A stretch of DNA of 64,000 nt from an uncultured Acidobacteriota bacterium (GTDB taxonomy: Bacteria > Acidobacteriota > UBA6911): the NCBI GenBank assembly GCA_963843575.1, contig CAWJKZ010000013.1, positions 640,001 through 704,000 on the forward strand. The letters run 5' to 3'. Both the position numbers and the translations under genes were made by a program. How positions within the stretch are numbered: the first letter of the stretch is position 1; every line of letters starts with the position of its first letter. The notes under the pieces were generated by a model. That model was not told where the DNA came from and did no database searches. It saw only the letters and a list, made by a program, of their open reading frames with translations. Below, one piece after another: positions 43,744 through 54,278 of this stretch.

Positions 43744-45018
43744 TCATCCTTCCTTCTGTATCCGTTCCATGCCGTCCATATACGGACGCAGTGCCTCGGG
43801 AATCACGACGCTGCCGTCGCCCTGCTGGCAGTTCTCGAGGACGGCCACCCATGTGCGGCCGATGGCGAGGCCGGAACCGTTCAACGTGTGAACAAATCCC
43901 CGCTTCCCTTCTCCCCGATAACGGATGTTGGCCCTGCGGGCCTGGAAGGCCTCGAAGTTGCTGCAGGAGGAGATCTCCCGGAACCGGTTCTGGCTGGGAA
44001 GCCAGACCTCGATGTCATAGGTCTTCGCGCTCGAAAAGCCCATGTCTGCGGTGCACAGCACGACCACCCGGTAGTGCAGTCCCAGACGCTGCAGGATGTC
44101 TTCCGCGTCTCGGGTCAGCGCCTCCAGCTCGTCGTAGGACGTGGCTGGGTCGGTGAACTTCACCAGCTCCACCTTGTTGAACTGGTGCTGTCGGATCAGG
44201 CCGCGGGTGTCCTTCCCGTACGAGCCTGCCTCGCTGCGGAAACAGGGGGTGTAGGCGACAAACTTCCGCGGTAGCGATGCTGCTTCGAGCACCTCTCCCT
44301 GGTAGATGTTCGTTACGGGAACTTCCGCCGTGGGAATGAGATAGTAGTCGGTACCCTCGATTTTGAAGAGGTCCTCCGCGAACTTGGGCAGGTTGCCGGT
44401 GCCGAACAGGCTGGTGCTGTTGGCCATGAACGGGGGAAGGACCTCTTTATACCCGTGGGCCCGCGTGTGGACGTCGAGCATGAAATTGATCAGGGCGCGT
44501 TCCATGCGGGCCCCGGCCCCTGCGAGCAGCGAAAAACGGGCGCCCGTGATTTTTGCCGCGCGGTCCATGTCCAGTATCCCGAGCGTGGTCCCCAGGTCGA
44601 CGTGATCGAGGGGGGCGAAATCAAAGTGCGGTGGTTCTCCCCAGCGCCGCACTTCGAGGTTGGCTGTCTCGTCAGCGCCGACCGGGACCGATGCGTGCGG
44701 CAGGTTGGGTATGCCGTGCAGCAAGGCGTTGAGCCGCTCCTCGGCCTGATGCATCCCCTCCTCGGCGGCCTTGATCTCGGACGAGACTTCCTTCACCTGC
44801 GCCTGCTCGGCGGCGGTGTCGCGGCCCTCCCTCCTGAACCGCCCTATCTGCTCGGATGACTGGTTTCGACGCCGGCGCAGCTCCTCTACCTTCTGGTTGA
44901 GCCTCTTCCACTCGCCGTCGAGCGTGACCAGCTCTTCAACCGCGTAGTTGCCGCCGCGGGCGGAGAGGCGCTCCCGCACAAGGTCCAGGTTTTCTCTGAC
45001 GAAGTTCTTGTCGAGCAT
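43744..45018 (-). CDS. serS: Seryl-tRNA synthetase
   Basis: N-terminal coiled coil, [44 protein letters not shown]. Confidence 0.98.
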   Translation of the reverse strand: MLDKNFVRENLDLVRERLSARGGNYAVEELVTLDGEWKRLNQKVEELRRRRNQSSEQIGRFRREGRDTAAEQAQVKEVSSEIKAAEEGMHQAEERLNALLHGIPNLPHASVPVGADETANLEVRRWGEPPHFDFAPLDHVDLGTTLGILDMDRAAKITGARFSLLAGAGARMERALINFMLDVHTRAHGYKEVLPPFMANSTSLFGTGNLPKFAEDLFKIEGTDYYLIPTAEVPVTNIYQGEVLEAASLPRKFVAYTPCFRSEAGSYGKDTRGLIRQHQFNKVELVKFTDPATSYDELEALTRDAEDILQRLGLHYRVVVLCTADMGFSSAKTYDIEVWLPSQNRFREISSCSNFEAFQARRANIRYRGEGKRGFVHTLNGSGLAIGRTWVAVLENCQQGDGSVVIPEALRPYMDGMERIQKEG

Positions 45019-45072
45019 GGCGATTCCGTTCCGTTGTTTCCGCGTTTGACGACGACTGCGCGCGATCGTTCC

Positions 45073-45100
45073 ATCGTAAAGGGTAATTCGACATTGTCAA
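45073..45100 (-). promoter_or_regulatory. sigma70 promoter for serS
   Basis: Minus strand TTGACA-N16-TACGAT. Confidence 0.6.
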
Positions 45101-45302
45101 GCGGCGCACTTCGTTCAGGCAGGCGCGCTCGACCACACGAATCCCGCGACGGTGCCGTCGGGTCGTCTCACAACGCCGGGCTGCGTCGGGCCGCCGCGGC
45201 CCCGTCATCTTGTCCATTGACTTTCGCGGACTCCGTTGTTTCAATCCCATGCGGGGATTTCGGTTGCAGACAGTTCACGTCGAATGCCAGAAGGTGAGGG
45301 GA

Positions 45303-46199
45303 ATGGCTCGAATTCAGATGGCGGTGTTTCCCGCAGCAGGCCTTGGTACCAGGTTCTTGCCGGCGACGAAGGCCCAACCCAAGGAGATGCTCCCGCTCGT
45401 CGACAAGCCGATCATCCAGTACGCGGTCGAAGAGGCCGTCATGTCCGGGCTGGAAAACCTCGTCATCATCACCGGGAGGGGCAAGAACGCCATCGAAGAC
45501 CACTTCGACGTGTCGTTCGAGCTCGAGAAGATACTGGAGGAACGCGGCAAGTCGGAGCTGTTGAGTCTCGTGCGCGCCGTGTCGGACATGGTGCACGTGG
45601 CCTATGTCCGTCAGAAAGAGGCACTCGGGCTTGGCCACGCGATCCTGGTGGCGCGGGACCTCGTGCGCGACGAACCCTTTGCCGTCCTTCTGGGCGACGA
45701 CGTCGTCGAGGCGGAAGTGCCGTGCATCCGACAGATGATCGACGTTTACGAGAAATATCACACCAGCGTCGTCGCCATCATGGAGGTTCCACCCGAAGAG
45801 GTGAAACGCTACGGCGTAATCCGGGCAAAACCACTCCCGGGCGGCGAAGAAGGGAGGCTTTTCGAAATCGAGGACATGGTGGAGAAGCCGGCCGTCGGGT
45901 CGGCCCCCTCGAACCTGGCGATCATCGGCCGCTACATCCTCACGCCCGGTGTTTTCGAGGCTCTCTCGGCCACGAATCGCGGGAGCGGCGGGGAGATTCA
46001 GCTGACGGACGGGCTTCGGCGACTGCTGGAGAAGGAGCGCATACTCGCCTACCGGTTTCGGGGCAAGCGGCACGACGCCGGAGAAAAGCTCGGGTTCCTC
46101 CAGGCGACCGTCGAGTTTGCGCTGAAGAACGAAGAGCTGGGCCCAGCGTTTCGCAACTATCTGAAATCGCTCAACCTCAACGACGCTCCCAAGGAGTGA
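45303..46199 (+). CDS. galU: UTP-glucose-1-phosphate uridylyltransferase
   Basis: PAAGLGTRFLPATKAQPKEML, LGLGHA, VEKP, GEIQLTD. Confidence 0.96.
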   Translation: MARIQMAVFPAAGLGTRFLPATKAQPKEMLPLVDKPIIQYAVEEAVMSGLENLVIITGRGKNAIEDHFDVSFELEKILEERGKSELLSLVRAVSDMVHVAYVRQKEALGLGHAILVARDLVRDEPFAVLLGDDVVEAEVPCIRQMIDVYEKYHTSVVAIMEVPPEEVKRYGVIRAKPLPGGEEGRLFEIEDMVEKPAVGSAPSNLAIIGRYILTPGVFEALSATNRGSGGEIQLTDGLRRLLEKERILAYRFRGKRHDAGEKLGFLQATVEFALKNEELGPAFRNYLKSLNLNDAPKE

Positions 46200-46203
46200 G
46201 ACG

Positions 46204-47496
46204 ATGCGCATACTGGTGATCGGGTCAGGCGGCCGGGAACACGCACTGGTATGGAAGCTGAAACAGAGCGGCATAGCCACGGCGCTGTTCTGCGCCCCGG
46301 GCAACGGGGGGATCGCGCGGCATGCCCGGTGCCTGGCGGCGCTGCCGCACGACTCGGCCGCGGTCCTGTCGCTCGTCCGCGAGCACAGGATCGACATGGT
46401 CGTCGTGGGTCCGGAGGTTCCTCTGGCCGGCGGTCTCGTGGACAGGCTGGCAGAGGCTGGCGTGCCCGCGCTCGGCCCGAGCGCCCAGGCGGCGCGGCTG
46501 GAGTCGAGCAAGGTATTCGCCAAGGAGTTCATGGCTCGGCACCGGATCCCGACCGCCGGTTTCAGCGTCCACGACACCGCCGAGTCGGCCCACGCGCGGC
46601 TGGAGTCCGCGGAAACGAGATATCCCGTCGTGGTCAAAGCCGACGGCCTGGCCGCCGGGAAAGGCGTCGTGGTGGCGCGCGACCGGGAGGAGGCGCGTGA
46701 CGCCGTGCGACGCATGCTCGTGGAGCGCGAGTTCGGTCCCGCCGGCGACCGAGTCATCCTCGAGGATTTTCTCGCAGGCACCGAGGCCTCCTACATCGTC
46801 TTCACCGACGGCGACACGGTCATCCCGGCCGTGGCGGCCCGGGATCACAAGGCTGCGTTCGACGGGGACACCGGCCCGAACACGGGGGGCATGGGCGCTT
46901 ACTCCTGCGATACGATCCTCGCCCCCGGCCTCGAACAGACCATCCTGGAAACCGTCGTCCGGCCCACGATCGACGGCATGCGCGCAGAGGGAGCGCCTTT
47001 CCGGGGGATGCTCTACACCGGGCTGATGCTCACCGGTTCGGGTCCCAGCGTCCTGGAATTCAACGTGCGAATGGGCGACCCGGAAGGGCAGGTCATCCTG
47101 CCGCGGCTCGAGAGCGATTTCGCCCTGCTGTGCCAGGCCGTGTGCGGCCGCACCCTGAAGGATTACTCCGCAAAATGGCGCAGCGATGCGGCGATCTGCG
47201 TGGTGCTCGCATCCGGAGGCTACCCCGGCTCCTACTCCAAGGGGAAGGCGATCTCGGGGCTGTCGTTGGCCGAAGAGGATCCCCGGATTACCGTGTTTCA
47301 CGCCGGCACGCGCCGGGAAGGGGAGCGGATCCTGACCGACGGTGGTCGGGTCTTGGGCGTGACCGCCCACGCCCCCGATATTTCCGAGGCGATCATCGCG
47401 GCCTACGAGGCCGTGAACAAGATAGCGTTCGAAGGGATGCATTACCGCCGTGACATCGGCGCCAGGGCGGTACCCCAGGGTGGGACCCGTGCCTGA
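46204..47496 (+). CDS. purD: Phosphoribosylamine-glycine ligase
   Basis: GSGGREHAL, KADGLAAGKGV, GPNTGGMGAY, EFNVRMGDPE. Confidence 0.97.
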   Translation: MRILVIGSGGREHALVWKLKQSGIATALFCAPGNGGIARHARCLAALPHDSAAVLSLVREHRIDMVVVGPEVPLAGGLVDRLAEAGVPALGPSAQAARLESSKVFAKEFMARHRIPTAGFSVHDTAESAHARLESAETRYPVVVKADGLAAGKGVVVARDREEARDAVRRMLVEREFGPAGDRVILEDFLAGTEASYIVFTDGDTVIPAVAARDHKAAFDGDTGPNTGGMGAYSCDTILAPGLEQTILETVVRPTIDGMRAEGAPFRGMLYTGLMLTGSGPSVLEFNVRMGDPEGQVILPRLESDFALLCQAVCGRTLKDYSAKWRSDAAICVVLASGGYPGSYSKGKAISGLSLAEEDPRITVFHAGTRREGERILTDGGRVLGVTAHAPDISEAIIAAYEAVNKIAFEGMHYRRDIGARAVPQGGTRA

Positions 47497-47538
47497 TGTC
47501 GACTTCTACGATGCAGTGAACATGCGAGGGAAATACAC

Positions 47539-48045
47539 GTGCTCAAACCAAAAGTGGCCGTCGTGCTCGGGAGTGAATCCGACCTCCCCGTCATCCACGA
47601 CATGCTGCAGGCTCTGAAGGATTTCGATGTGCCCCACGAGGTCACCGTGTCGAGCGCCCACCGCTCCCCCGAGCGGACCTACCGCTACGCCGCGACTCTG
47701 GAGGAACGTGGGGTGCAGGTCATCATCGCGTGCGCGGGCGCGGCCGCCCACCTGGCCGGCGTGCTGGCCGCCCACACGATCCTGCCCGTCATCGGAGTCC
47801 CCATCGACTCGTCCCCCCTGCACGGTTTCGACGCGCTCCTCTCCACGTCGATGATGCCGGCCGGCGTCCCCGTCGCGACCATGGGGATCGGCAAGGCCGG
47901 CGCCACCAACGCCGCCATCCTGGCCGTCCAGATCCTTGCCCGCAGCGACGCCGACCTCGCGCAGAAGATCAGGGAATACAAAAAAAAGCTCGCCGAACGC
48001 GTCGAGGAACGCGACCGCGAGCTGAAGAAGAAACGCGAGGCCTGA
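47539..48045 (+). CDS. purE: N5-CAIR mutase
   Basis: GSESD, SAHRSP, AGAAAHL, PVIGVP, MPAGVPVAT. Confidence 0.96.
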   Translation: MLKPKVAVVLGSESDLPVIHDMLQALKDFDVPHEVTVSSAHRSPERTYRYAATLEERGVQVIIACAGAAAHLAGVLAAHTILPVIGVPIDSSPLHGFDALLSTSMMPAGVPVATMGIGKAGATNAAILAVQILARSDADLAQKIREYKKKLAERVEERDRELKKKREA

Positions 48046-48092
48046 CGCCCGGACGACGGATCACGCCCCCGCCCGGTCCTGTGAAGTGACGC

Positions 48093-49397
48093 ATGAACAG
48101 TAACACCAAGTTTTTCATCCAGACCTTCGGGTGTCGCTGCAACCAGGCCGACAGTTCGGGTATCCGCTACTCGCTTTGCGGCAAATCGCTCGAGGAAACG
48201 TACACGCCGGCCGAGGCGGACCTGCTCGTGGTCAACACCTGCACGGTCACCCGGCGGACGGACCAGCAGGTGCGGCAGGCGCTCCGCAAGCTGCACCGCG
48301 AAAACCCGGAGGCGCGCCTGGTCGTGACCGGTTGCTACGCCGAAAGGGATCCGGGGACCCTGGCCGCCATCCCCGGGGTGGCCCTGGTCGTCGGCAACGC
48401 AGACCGCGACCGGCTGGCGGAGGCCGCGTCGCACGGGACGATCCCGGACAAGGTGATGCATGGGGCGTTCGACGCTGCCCGTGATTTCCTCATCCCCAGT
48501 ATGTCGTCGACAGGGGGCAAGACGCGTCCGTTCATAAAGCTACAGGACGGGTGCGACGCCCGCTGCTCCTATTGCATCGTCCCCTCGGTGCGTGGCCCGG
48601 GACGCAGCGCACACCCGGATAGCGTCCTGGCCGAGGTCCGTGCCCTGGTCGGGAAGGGATACCAGGAAATCGTCCTGACCGGGATGCACCTGGGCACCTA
48701 CGGCAGGAAGCTGAGCGAGGCCGTGACGCTGCTCGACCTCCTGATGTGTCTCGTCGAAGTGCCCGGGCTGGGCCGGCTGCGGCTCAGCAGCATCGAGCCC
48801 ATGCACTTCGACCGGGGGATCGTCCGTCTGGCGGTCGAACACCCGCTGGTCGCAAGGCATTTCCACGTCCCGCTGCAGAGCGGAAGCGACCGCATCCTGC
48901 GCCGCATGCGGAGGCCCTACACCGCCGCGCGTTTCCGCAGCCTGATCGAGCATATCCGGGACCGCATCCCGGCGGCCGCGCTGGGCACCGACGTGCTGGT
49001 CGGGTTCCCTGGCGAAACCGAGGACGATTTCGAGCAGACCTGCGCGGTCGTCCGCGACTCCCCCCTGACCTATCTGCACGTCTTCCCGTTCTCGGCACGC
49101 GCGGGAACCGTCGCGTTCAACCTCCCCGACCAGGTGCCGGCCCCGGTTGTGCAGGAGCGCGCCCGGACGCTGCGCGAACTCTCCCTCGACAAGAACCTGG
49201 CGTTCCGACGCGGCTTCCTCGGCCGGGTACTACCCGCGCTCACCCTCGCGCGCGAGGAGGAGCTCGGCGAATGCGTGGTCCTGACCGACAATTACATACA
49301 CGCGCGCGTCCGTGCGCACGAACGGCTCCCCAACAGCCTTGTTGAGGTCAGGATCGACGAGGCGCGCCGCGACGGCACCCGCGCGTCGCTCCTCTGA
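48093..49397 (+). CDS. mtaB: tRNA t6A37 methylthiotransferase
   Basis: TFGCRCNQ, NTCTVT, QDGCDARCSYC radical-SAM motif, HVFPFSAR.GT, LTDNY. Confidence 0.9.
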   Translation: MNSNTKFFIQTFGCRCNQADSSGIRYSLCGKSLEETYTPAEADLLVVNTCTVTRRTDQQVRQALRKLHRENPEARLVVTGCYAERDPGTLAAIPGVALVVGNADRDRLAEAASHGTIPDKVMHGAFDAARDFLIPSMSSTGGKTRPFIKLQDGCDARCSYCIVPSVRGPGRSAHPDSVLAEVRALVGKGYQEIVLTGMHLGTYGRKLSEAVTLLDLLMCLVEVPGLGRLRLSSIEPMHFDRGIVRLAVEHPLVARHFHVPLQSGSDRILRRMRRPYTAARFRSLIEHIRDRIPAAALGTDVLVGFPGETEDDFEQTCAVVRDSPLTYLHVFPFSARAGTVAFNLPDQVPAPVVQERARTLRELSLDKNLAFRRGFLGRVLPALTLAREEELGECVVLTDNYIHARVRAHERLPNSLVEVRIDEARRDGTRASLL

Positions 49398-49438
49398 CCG
49401 GCACCCGCCGTGCCGCCTCGAAATGCAACCGCGGAATT

Positions 49439-49544
49439 TGGAGTGCGGCGCCTTGGCGCCATGCCGGATGGCGGTGTTGCAGGATCGAAGCGCTGCGGCG
49501 CCGCAACCAAAGCGGCGTCCAGCCAGTCCAGCCGCCGCACTCCA
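49439..49544. repeat. REP/MITE-like element, family B
   Basis: TGGAGTGCGGC...AAAGCGGCG...GCCGCACTCCA between convergent mtaB and acpS. Confidence 0.75.
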
Positions 49545-49570
49545 GAGGACGCCATCCCCCGAGCCGCGAT

Positions 49571-49948
49571 TCACGTTTCCAGGATCACGACCGCGACGGC
49601 CGAATCCTCCCCGTGCGACAGGCTCACGTGCGCGGTGCGCACCTGGAGCGACGCGGCGCGGTTGCTGGCCTCGCCCGCGAGCGAGAGCGACGGGACTCCT
49701 TCCGGGCTGCGCCGCACCTCGACGTCGTGCCATGTCACACCCTTGGCCCACCCGGTGCCCAGCGCCTTGAAGAGCGCCTCCTTCGCGGCGAAGCGCGCCG
49801 CATAGTGCGGCGCGGGATCGCGGTGGGCCCGGCAGTACTCCTGCTCGTCCGCCGTGAAGACGCGCCGAAGGAAGCGGTCTCCCTGCCGGTCGAGTACCGA
49901 CCGGATCCTGCGGATTTCCACGATGTCTATCCCTGTCCCGACGATCAT
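49571..49948 (-). CDS. acpS: Holo-[acyl-carrier-protein] synthase
   Basis: GTGIDIVE, ARFAAKEA, VSLSH. Confidence 0.96.
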   Translation of the reverse strand: MIVGTGIDIVEIRRIRSVLDRQGDRFLRRVFTADEQEYCRAHRDPAPHYAARFAAKEALFKALGTGWAKGVTWHDVEVRRSPEGVPSLSLAGEASNRAASLQVRTAHVSLSHGEDSAVAVVILET

Positions 49949-50000
49949 CTCCGGCTCCGGCGCATTGACATGACGGGCAGGCACGTCCCACTATCTGAAG

Positions 50001-50819
50001 ATGAGCGACCGCGGGTTCGTCCGCCGGGAGGTGGACGGCATCCCCTTTTACGTGTGCCGCGCCCTGGAGAGTGTGACGGGACTGCGCCACTGTTTTACCA
50101 CGCGCTCCGGCGGGGTCAGCGCCCTGCCGGTGGGCGCGCTCAACCTCAGCTACGTCGGCTGGGACTCGGCTGCCGCGGTCGACGAAAACCGGCACCGCCT
50201 CATGTCGGCGTTGAGGCTCCGGTCGATGCCCCTGGCCACCTTGTCCCAAGTCCATTCGGATCAGGTCCATATCATAGAGGAAATGCCTGACCAAGGGAAA
50301 GACCGGCCCAGGGCGGACGCCGTCGCGACATGGTTGTACGGGATCGCCCTGGCGGTTCAGGTCGCGGACTGCTTCCCGCTCCTCATTGCGCATCGGGCTG
50401 GCGCGGCCATCGCCGCCGTGCACGCCGGGTGGCGCGGTTCGGTCGAACGGATCGCCGCAAAGACGGTCGCGGTGCTGGAGTCGCACTGCGGGGCAAAGCC
50501 CGCGGAATTACTGGCGGCAATCGGGCCGGGCATCCGGGGCTGCTGCTTCGAGGTGGGCCCCGAGGTCTCGGCCCGGTTCGAGGAACAGTACCCCGGCGCG
50601 CCGCTGCAGAGGCCGAACCCCGCGAACCCGTCCCGCGCGCTTCTCGACCTGCCCGCGGCTCTCCGGCTTCAGCTGGCCGAGGCCGGTGTCCGGACGGCTC
50701 ACATCTTCGACGCGGGCCTCTGCACAAAGTGCAACGGCGGCGAGTTCTTCTCGCACCGCGGCGAGGGACCGCACTGCGGCCGCCTCATGGCGGTCATCGC
50801 CAGACAGGGGCAAGCCTAG
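50001..50819 (+). CDS. pgeF: Peptidoglycan editing factor PgeF / laccase-domain protein
   Basis: QVHS, ADCFP, HAGWRG, IGPGI..CCFEVG, FFSHR. Confidence 0.92.
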   Translation: MSDRGFVRREVDGIPFYVCRALESVTGLRHCFTTRSGGVSALPVGALNLSYVGWDSAAAVDENRHRLMSALRLRSMPLATLSQVHSDQVHIIEEMPDQGKDRPRADAVATWLYGIALAVQVADCFPLLIAHRAGAAIAAVHAGWRGSVERIAAKTVAVLESHCGAKPAELLAAIGPGIRGCCFEVGPEVSARFEEQYPGAPLQRPNPANPSRALLDLPAALRLQLAEAGVRTAHIFDAGLCTKCNGGEFFSHRGEGPHCGRLMAVIARQGQA

Positions 50820-51906
50820 TCCCGCCTGCGGGGAGATCTGGGAGGCGGCTGCGCCGGCGTCGCCCCGCGGCTGTTCGCGGCCGGCGAGCATGCCGCACGC
50901 CGCCGAAACATCGTCCCCGCGCGGCCGGCGGATGTAGGCGGTGATGTGGTGCTCGAGCAGGATTTTCTGAAACGCCAGGATGCGCTCCTCGCCCGGCGTT
51001 TTCAGCGGGACCCACGGATCGGCGTTCAGCGGGATGAGGTTCACCTTCTGCTTCATCCCGCGGAGCAGCCGCACGAGCCGGAGCGCGTCCGCGTCGCTGT
51101 CGTTCATCCCCGCGATCAGGACGTACTCGAATGTGATGCGACGCCTGCGCTCGAGCGGGAAGTCCCGGCAGGCCTGCATCAGGGTCGCGATGTTCCACTT
51201 GCGGTTGATCGGGATCAGGATGTCGCGGACTTCGTCGGTGGTGGCGTTCAGCGAAACGGCCAGGTTCGGGATCACCGTTTCCGCCGCGAGGCGCTGCAGC
51301 CCGGGGACCACCCCGGAGGTCGACAGCGTGATGCGGCGCGGCGAGAGGGACATACCCTCTTTGTCCGCCATGAGGCGGATGGCGCGCATCACGTTTTCGT
51401 AGTTGTGCATCGGCTCGCCCATCCCCATGATCACGACGTTCAGGCGCTTGGGCAGGGTGCCCCGGTCGGCTTGCAGGGCCAGCACCTGCCCGACGATCTC
51501 GCCCGCCGACAGGTTGCGGCGCATCGGAAGTTTCCCGGTGACGCAGAACAGGCACTCGACCGCGCAGCCCACCTGGGTCGAAATGCAGAAGGTGTCGCGG
51601 CGCTCCTCCGGGATGAAGACCGATTCGATCTTCTGACCCGGGGAGACGTCGAACAGGTAACGGCGAGTCCCATCCGCCGAAACGAAGACGCGCTCGACCG
51701 TGGGGTAGGCGATCGAGTACGCCGTCGGCCAGCTTCAGCCGCAAGCCCTTCCCCAGGTCCGTAAAGGCGTTCCACGAGGCGAGCCCGCGACGGTAGATAC
51801 CGGCATAGATCTGCCGCGCGCGGTATGCGGGTTCGCCCAGTCCGGCCGCGACGGCGACGATGTCGTCCAGGGTCGCGCCGACCAGGTTGGTTTTGGCGTC
51901 GGTCAT
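50816..51906 (-). CDS. rlmN: Dual-specificity rRNA/tRNA m2A methyltransferase (frameshifted in assembly)
   Basis: GCAVECLFC, MGMGEP, ITFEYVL, VNLIP, AACGML; frame change near 51715; 3' end inferred from a near-frame TAG at 50816-50818. Confidence 0.9.
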
Positions 51907-52037
51907 AGGTCGAAAAGGGCGCCACTGGCGCCCATGAGCGACAGCATAACATTTCCCCGCGCCGCGCGCAGGTTGCGGGTCACCGCCGCCTGTGGTAGTA
52001 ATACCACTGAATACGGTCGCGGAGCTCTGGGGCCCGG

Positions 52038-53301
52038 ATGGACGTCCAGAAACACGAGATGAAGAATGGCCTTGTGGTGGCCACCGAGGCCATGCCGCAT
52101 CTCCGCTCGGTGTCGATCGGGGTATGGATCAAAGGCGGTTCCCGCTTCGAGGCCCCCGAGGTCTGGGGCATTTCCCACTTCATCGAGCACTTGCTGTTCA
52201 AGGGCACGTCGAGGCGCTCGGCCGCGGAAATCGCGGAGGCGATCGATTCCGTCGGCGGGCAGCTCAACGCGTTCACCGACAAGGAGTATGTCGGTTTTTA
52301 CGCCAAGGTCCTCGACCGGCACCTCCCGCTCGCCTTCGAGCTCCTGTCGGACATCGTGCGGAATCCCGACCTTCCCTGCGCACGAGATGAGGCGCGAGCG
52401 CAACGTGATCTTCGAAGAAATCAACATGATCGAGGACTCGCCCCAGGAATTGATCCAGGACATTTTCATGGAGAGCTTCTGGAAGGGGCACCCGCTCGGC
52501 CGCGCCGTGTCGGGCACGAAGGAGTCGGTGGCGGCCATCTCCCGCACCCAGGTCACCCGCTACTTCAGGAACAATTACACCGCGCGCAACACGATCGTGT
52601 CGGTCGCCGGGAACCTCAGGCATCGGGAGGTGTGCGCCCTCGCGCGCCGGTATTTTTCAGACCTGGCGACGGGTGCTCCGATCGATCCGGGCCCCCCGCC
52701 GTCGGGAGGGCCGACGCGGCTCCTGCGCCGCAAGCGCAACCTCGAGCAGACACATCTTTGCCTGGGGACGCCCTCCCCGCCGATCGTCTCCAAGGAGCGC
52801 TACGCGGCCCAGGTGCTGTGCAGCGTGCTGGGCGGCGGCATGAGTTCCCGGCTGTTCCAGAAGATCCGCGAAAAACGCGGGCTCGTCTATTCCATCTACT
52901 CCAGCCTGAACCTCTACCGCGACGCCGGCACCCTGCTCGTCTACGCGGGCATGGCGCCCGGCGCGGCGCGCGCGGTCGTCGACCTCACCATGAAGGAACT
53001 GCGCGAGCTGCGCAGGACGCTCGTGCCGCACGACGAGCTGAAACGCGCCAAAGAGAGCATCAAGGGATCTGTCGTCCTGAGCCTCGAAAGCTCGAGCAGC
53101 CGGATGACCCACCTGGCGCACGAACTGCTGTATTTCGGGACGTTCCACAATATGCAGGAAATCCTGGACGGCTTCGACGCCGTGCGGGCGAGAGATCTTC
53201 GCAGGCTGGCCAACGAAATGTTCGACTCGTCGTGCCTCACCCTGACTGCGCTGGGCAGCGAGGACAGCCGGGAACTCGAGTCGGTGACGCTGAGAGTCTG
53301 A
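52038..53301 (+). CDS. M16 (pitrilysin-family) zinc peptidase (one frameshift)
   Basis: HFIEH inverted zinc motif, LNAFT, GGGMSSRLFQ.IRE..GL.Y; frame change near 52370. Confidence 0.9.
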
Positions 53302-53306
53302 AGACC

Positions 53307-54092
53307 ATGGGACTCGGGTTCACGTTGCTGGGAAGCGGAAGTTCGGGGAATGCGACGCTGATAAGCGACGGGGAAAACCGCGTCCTGCTCGACATCGGAC
53401 TGAGCGGCCGCGAGACGGTCCGCCGGCTGCGCGAGTGCGGCATCGAACCGGAGCAGATCGCGGCCATCGTGCTCTCGCACGAGCACGGGGACCACAGCCG
53501 CGGCGTGTCGCCGTTCGCGCGGGACCTGGACATCCCCGTTTTCGTCACCGAGGCCACGCTCGCCGCCGCGGAAATGAAACTCGACCCCCGCAAAGTGCGG
53601 CGGATCGAGAGCGGCGTCGGTTTCGAAATCTGCGGCATCGGGTTCACCCCGTTCGCGGTGCCGCACGACGCCGCCGACCCGGTCGCGTTCTGCGTCGAGA
53701 AGGACGGCGTCAAACTGGCGATCGTGCTGGATCTCGGATACGTCACCAACCTCGTGGTCGAGCGTCTGAAACGTTGCGACGCCATCGTCCTGGAATCGAA
53801 TCACGACGTGAACATGCTGAAGGTGGGGCCCTATCCCTGGTCGTTGAAACAGAGGGTAATGAGCCGGCGGGGCCACCTTTCCAACGACTCGGTCGCGGAC
53901 TTCCTGTCCGACGGTTTCGACGGGAGGGCACGCGACGTCGTGCTGGCCCACTTGAGCAAGAAGAACAATCTTCCGGACCTCGCGCTCCTGTCGGCCCGTA
54001 ACGCGCTGCAGGCCCGCTGCGGGCTCTTCGCGCCCCAGACACGGCTCGAGTTGGCCGATGCGGACCGGATTGGCAGACCCCACTGGTATTGA
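53307..54092 (+). CDS. MBL-fold metallo-hydrolase (YycJ/WalJ-like)
   Basis: GSGSSGN, SHEHGDH, VPHDA, ESNHD, GHLSN, AHLS. Confidence 0.9.
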   Translation: MGLGFTLLGSGSSGNATLISDGENRVLLDIGLSGRETVRRLRECGIEPEQIAAIVLSHEHGDHSRGVSPFARDLDIPVFVTEATLAAAEMKLDPRKVRRIESGVGFEICGIGFTPFAVPHDAADPVAFCVEKDGVKLAIVLDLGYVTNLVVERLKRCDAIVLESNHDVNMLKVGPYPWSLKQRVMSRRGHLSNDSVADFLSDGFDGRARDVVLAHLSKKNNLPDLALLSARNALQARCGLFAPQTRLELADADRIGRPHWY

Positions 54093-54136
54093 CTGCCGTC
54101 ACGCCGGAGCCTTTGAGGCGCGCTGCACGACTCACC

Positions 54137-54166
54137 TCCAAGGCGCGAAGATCCAAGGCGCGAAGA
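54137..54166 (+). repeat. Tandem 15-mer direct repeat
   Basis: TCCAAGGCGCGAAGA twice, followed by a degenerate third unit. Confidence 0.7.
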
Positions 54167-54278
54167 CCTCAAGGAATCTCGAAGATCGGTTCCGCCTCCG
54201 GGGCACCTGCCTTTTTGGTGCTTCACGTGGCTTGCTTTTCAGCGCACCAGGCTCGTTGACAAACTTGGGAGTTGTCCG

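Noticed and set aside
50508-50819. Long antisense overlap of the rlmN C-terminus with pgeF
   Set aside because: RlmN homology ends near ACGML; removing one base gives a stop at 50816-50818, so the extension is probably an artefact.
52038-54092. Apparent M16 peptidase-MBL hydrolase fusion (684-aa ORF)
   Set aside because: The middle is off-frame sequence caused by the frameshift near 52370; they are two separate genes.
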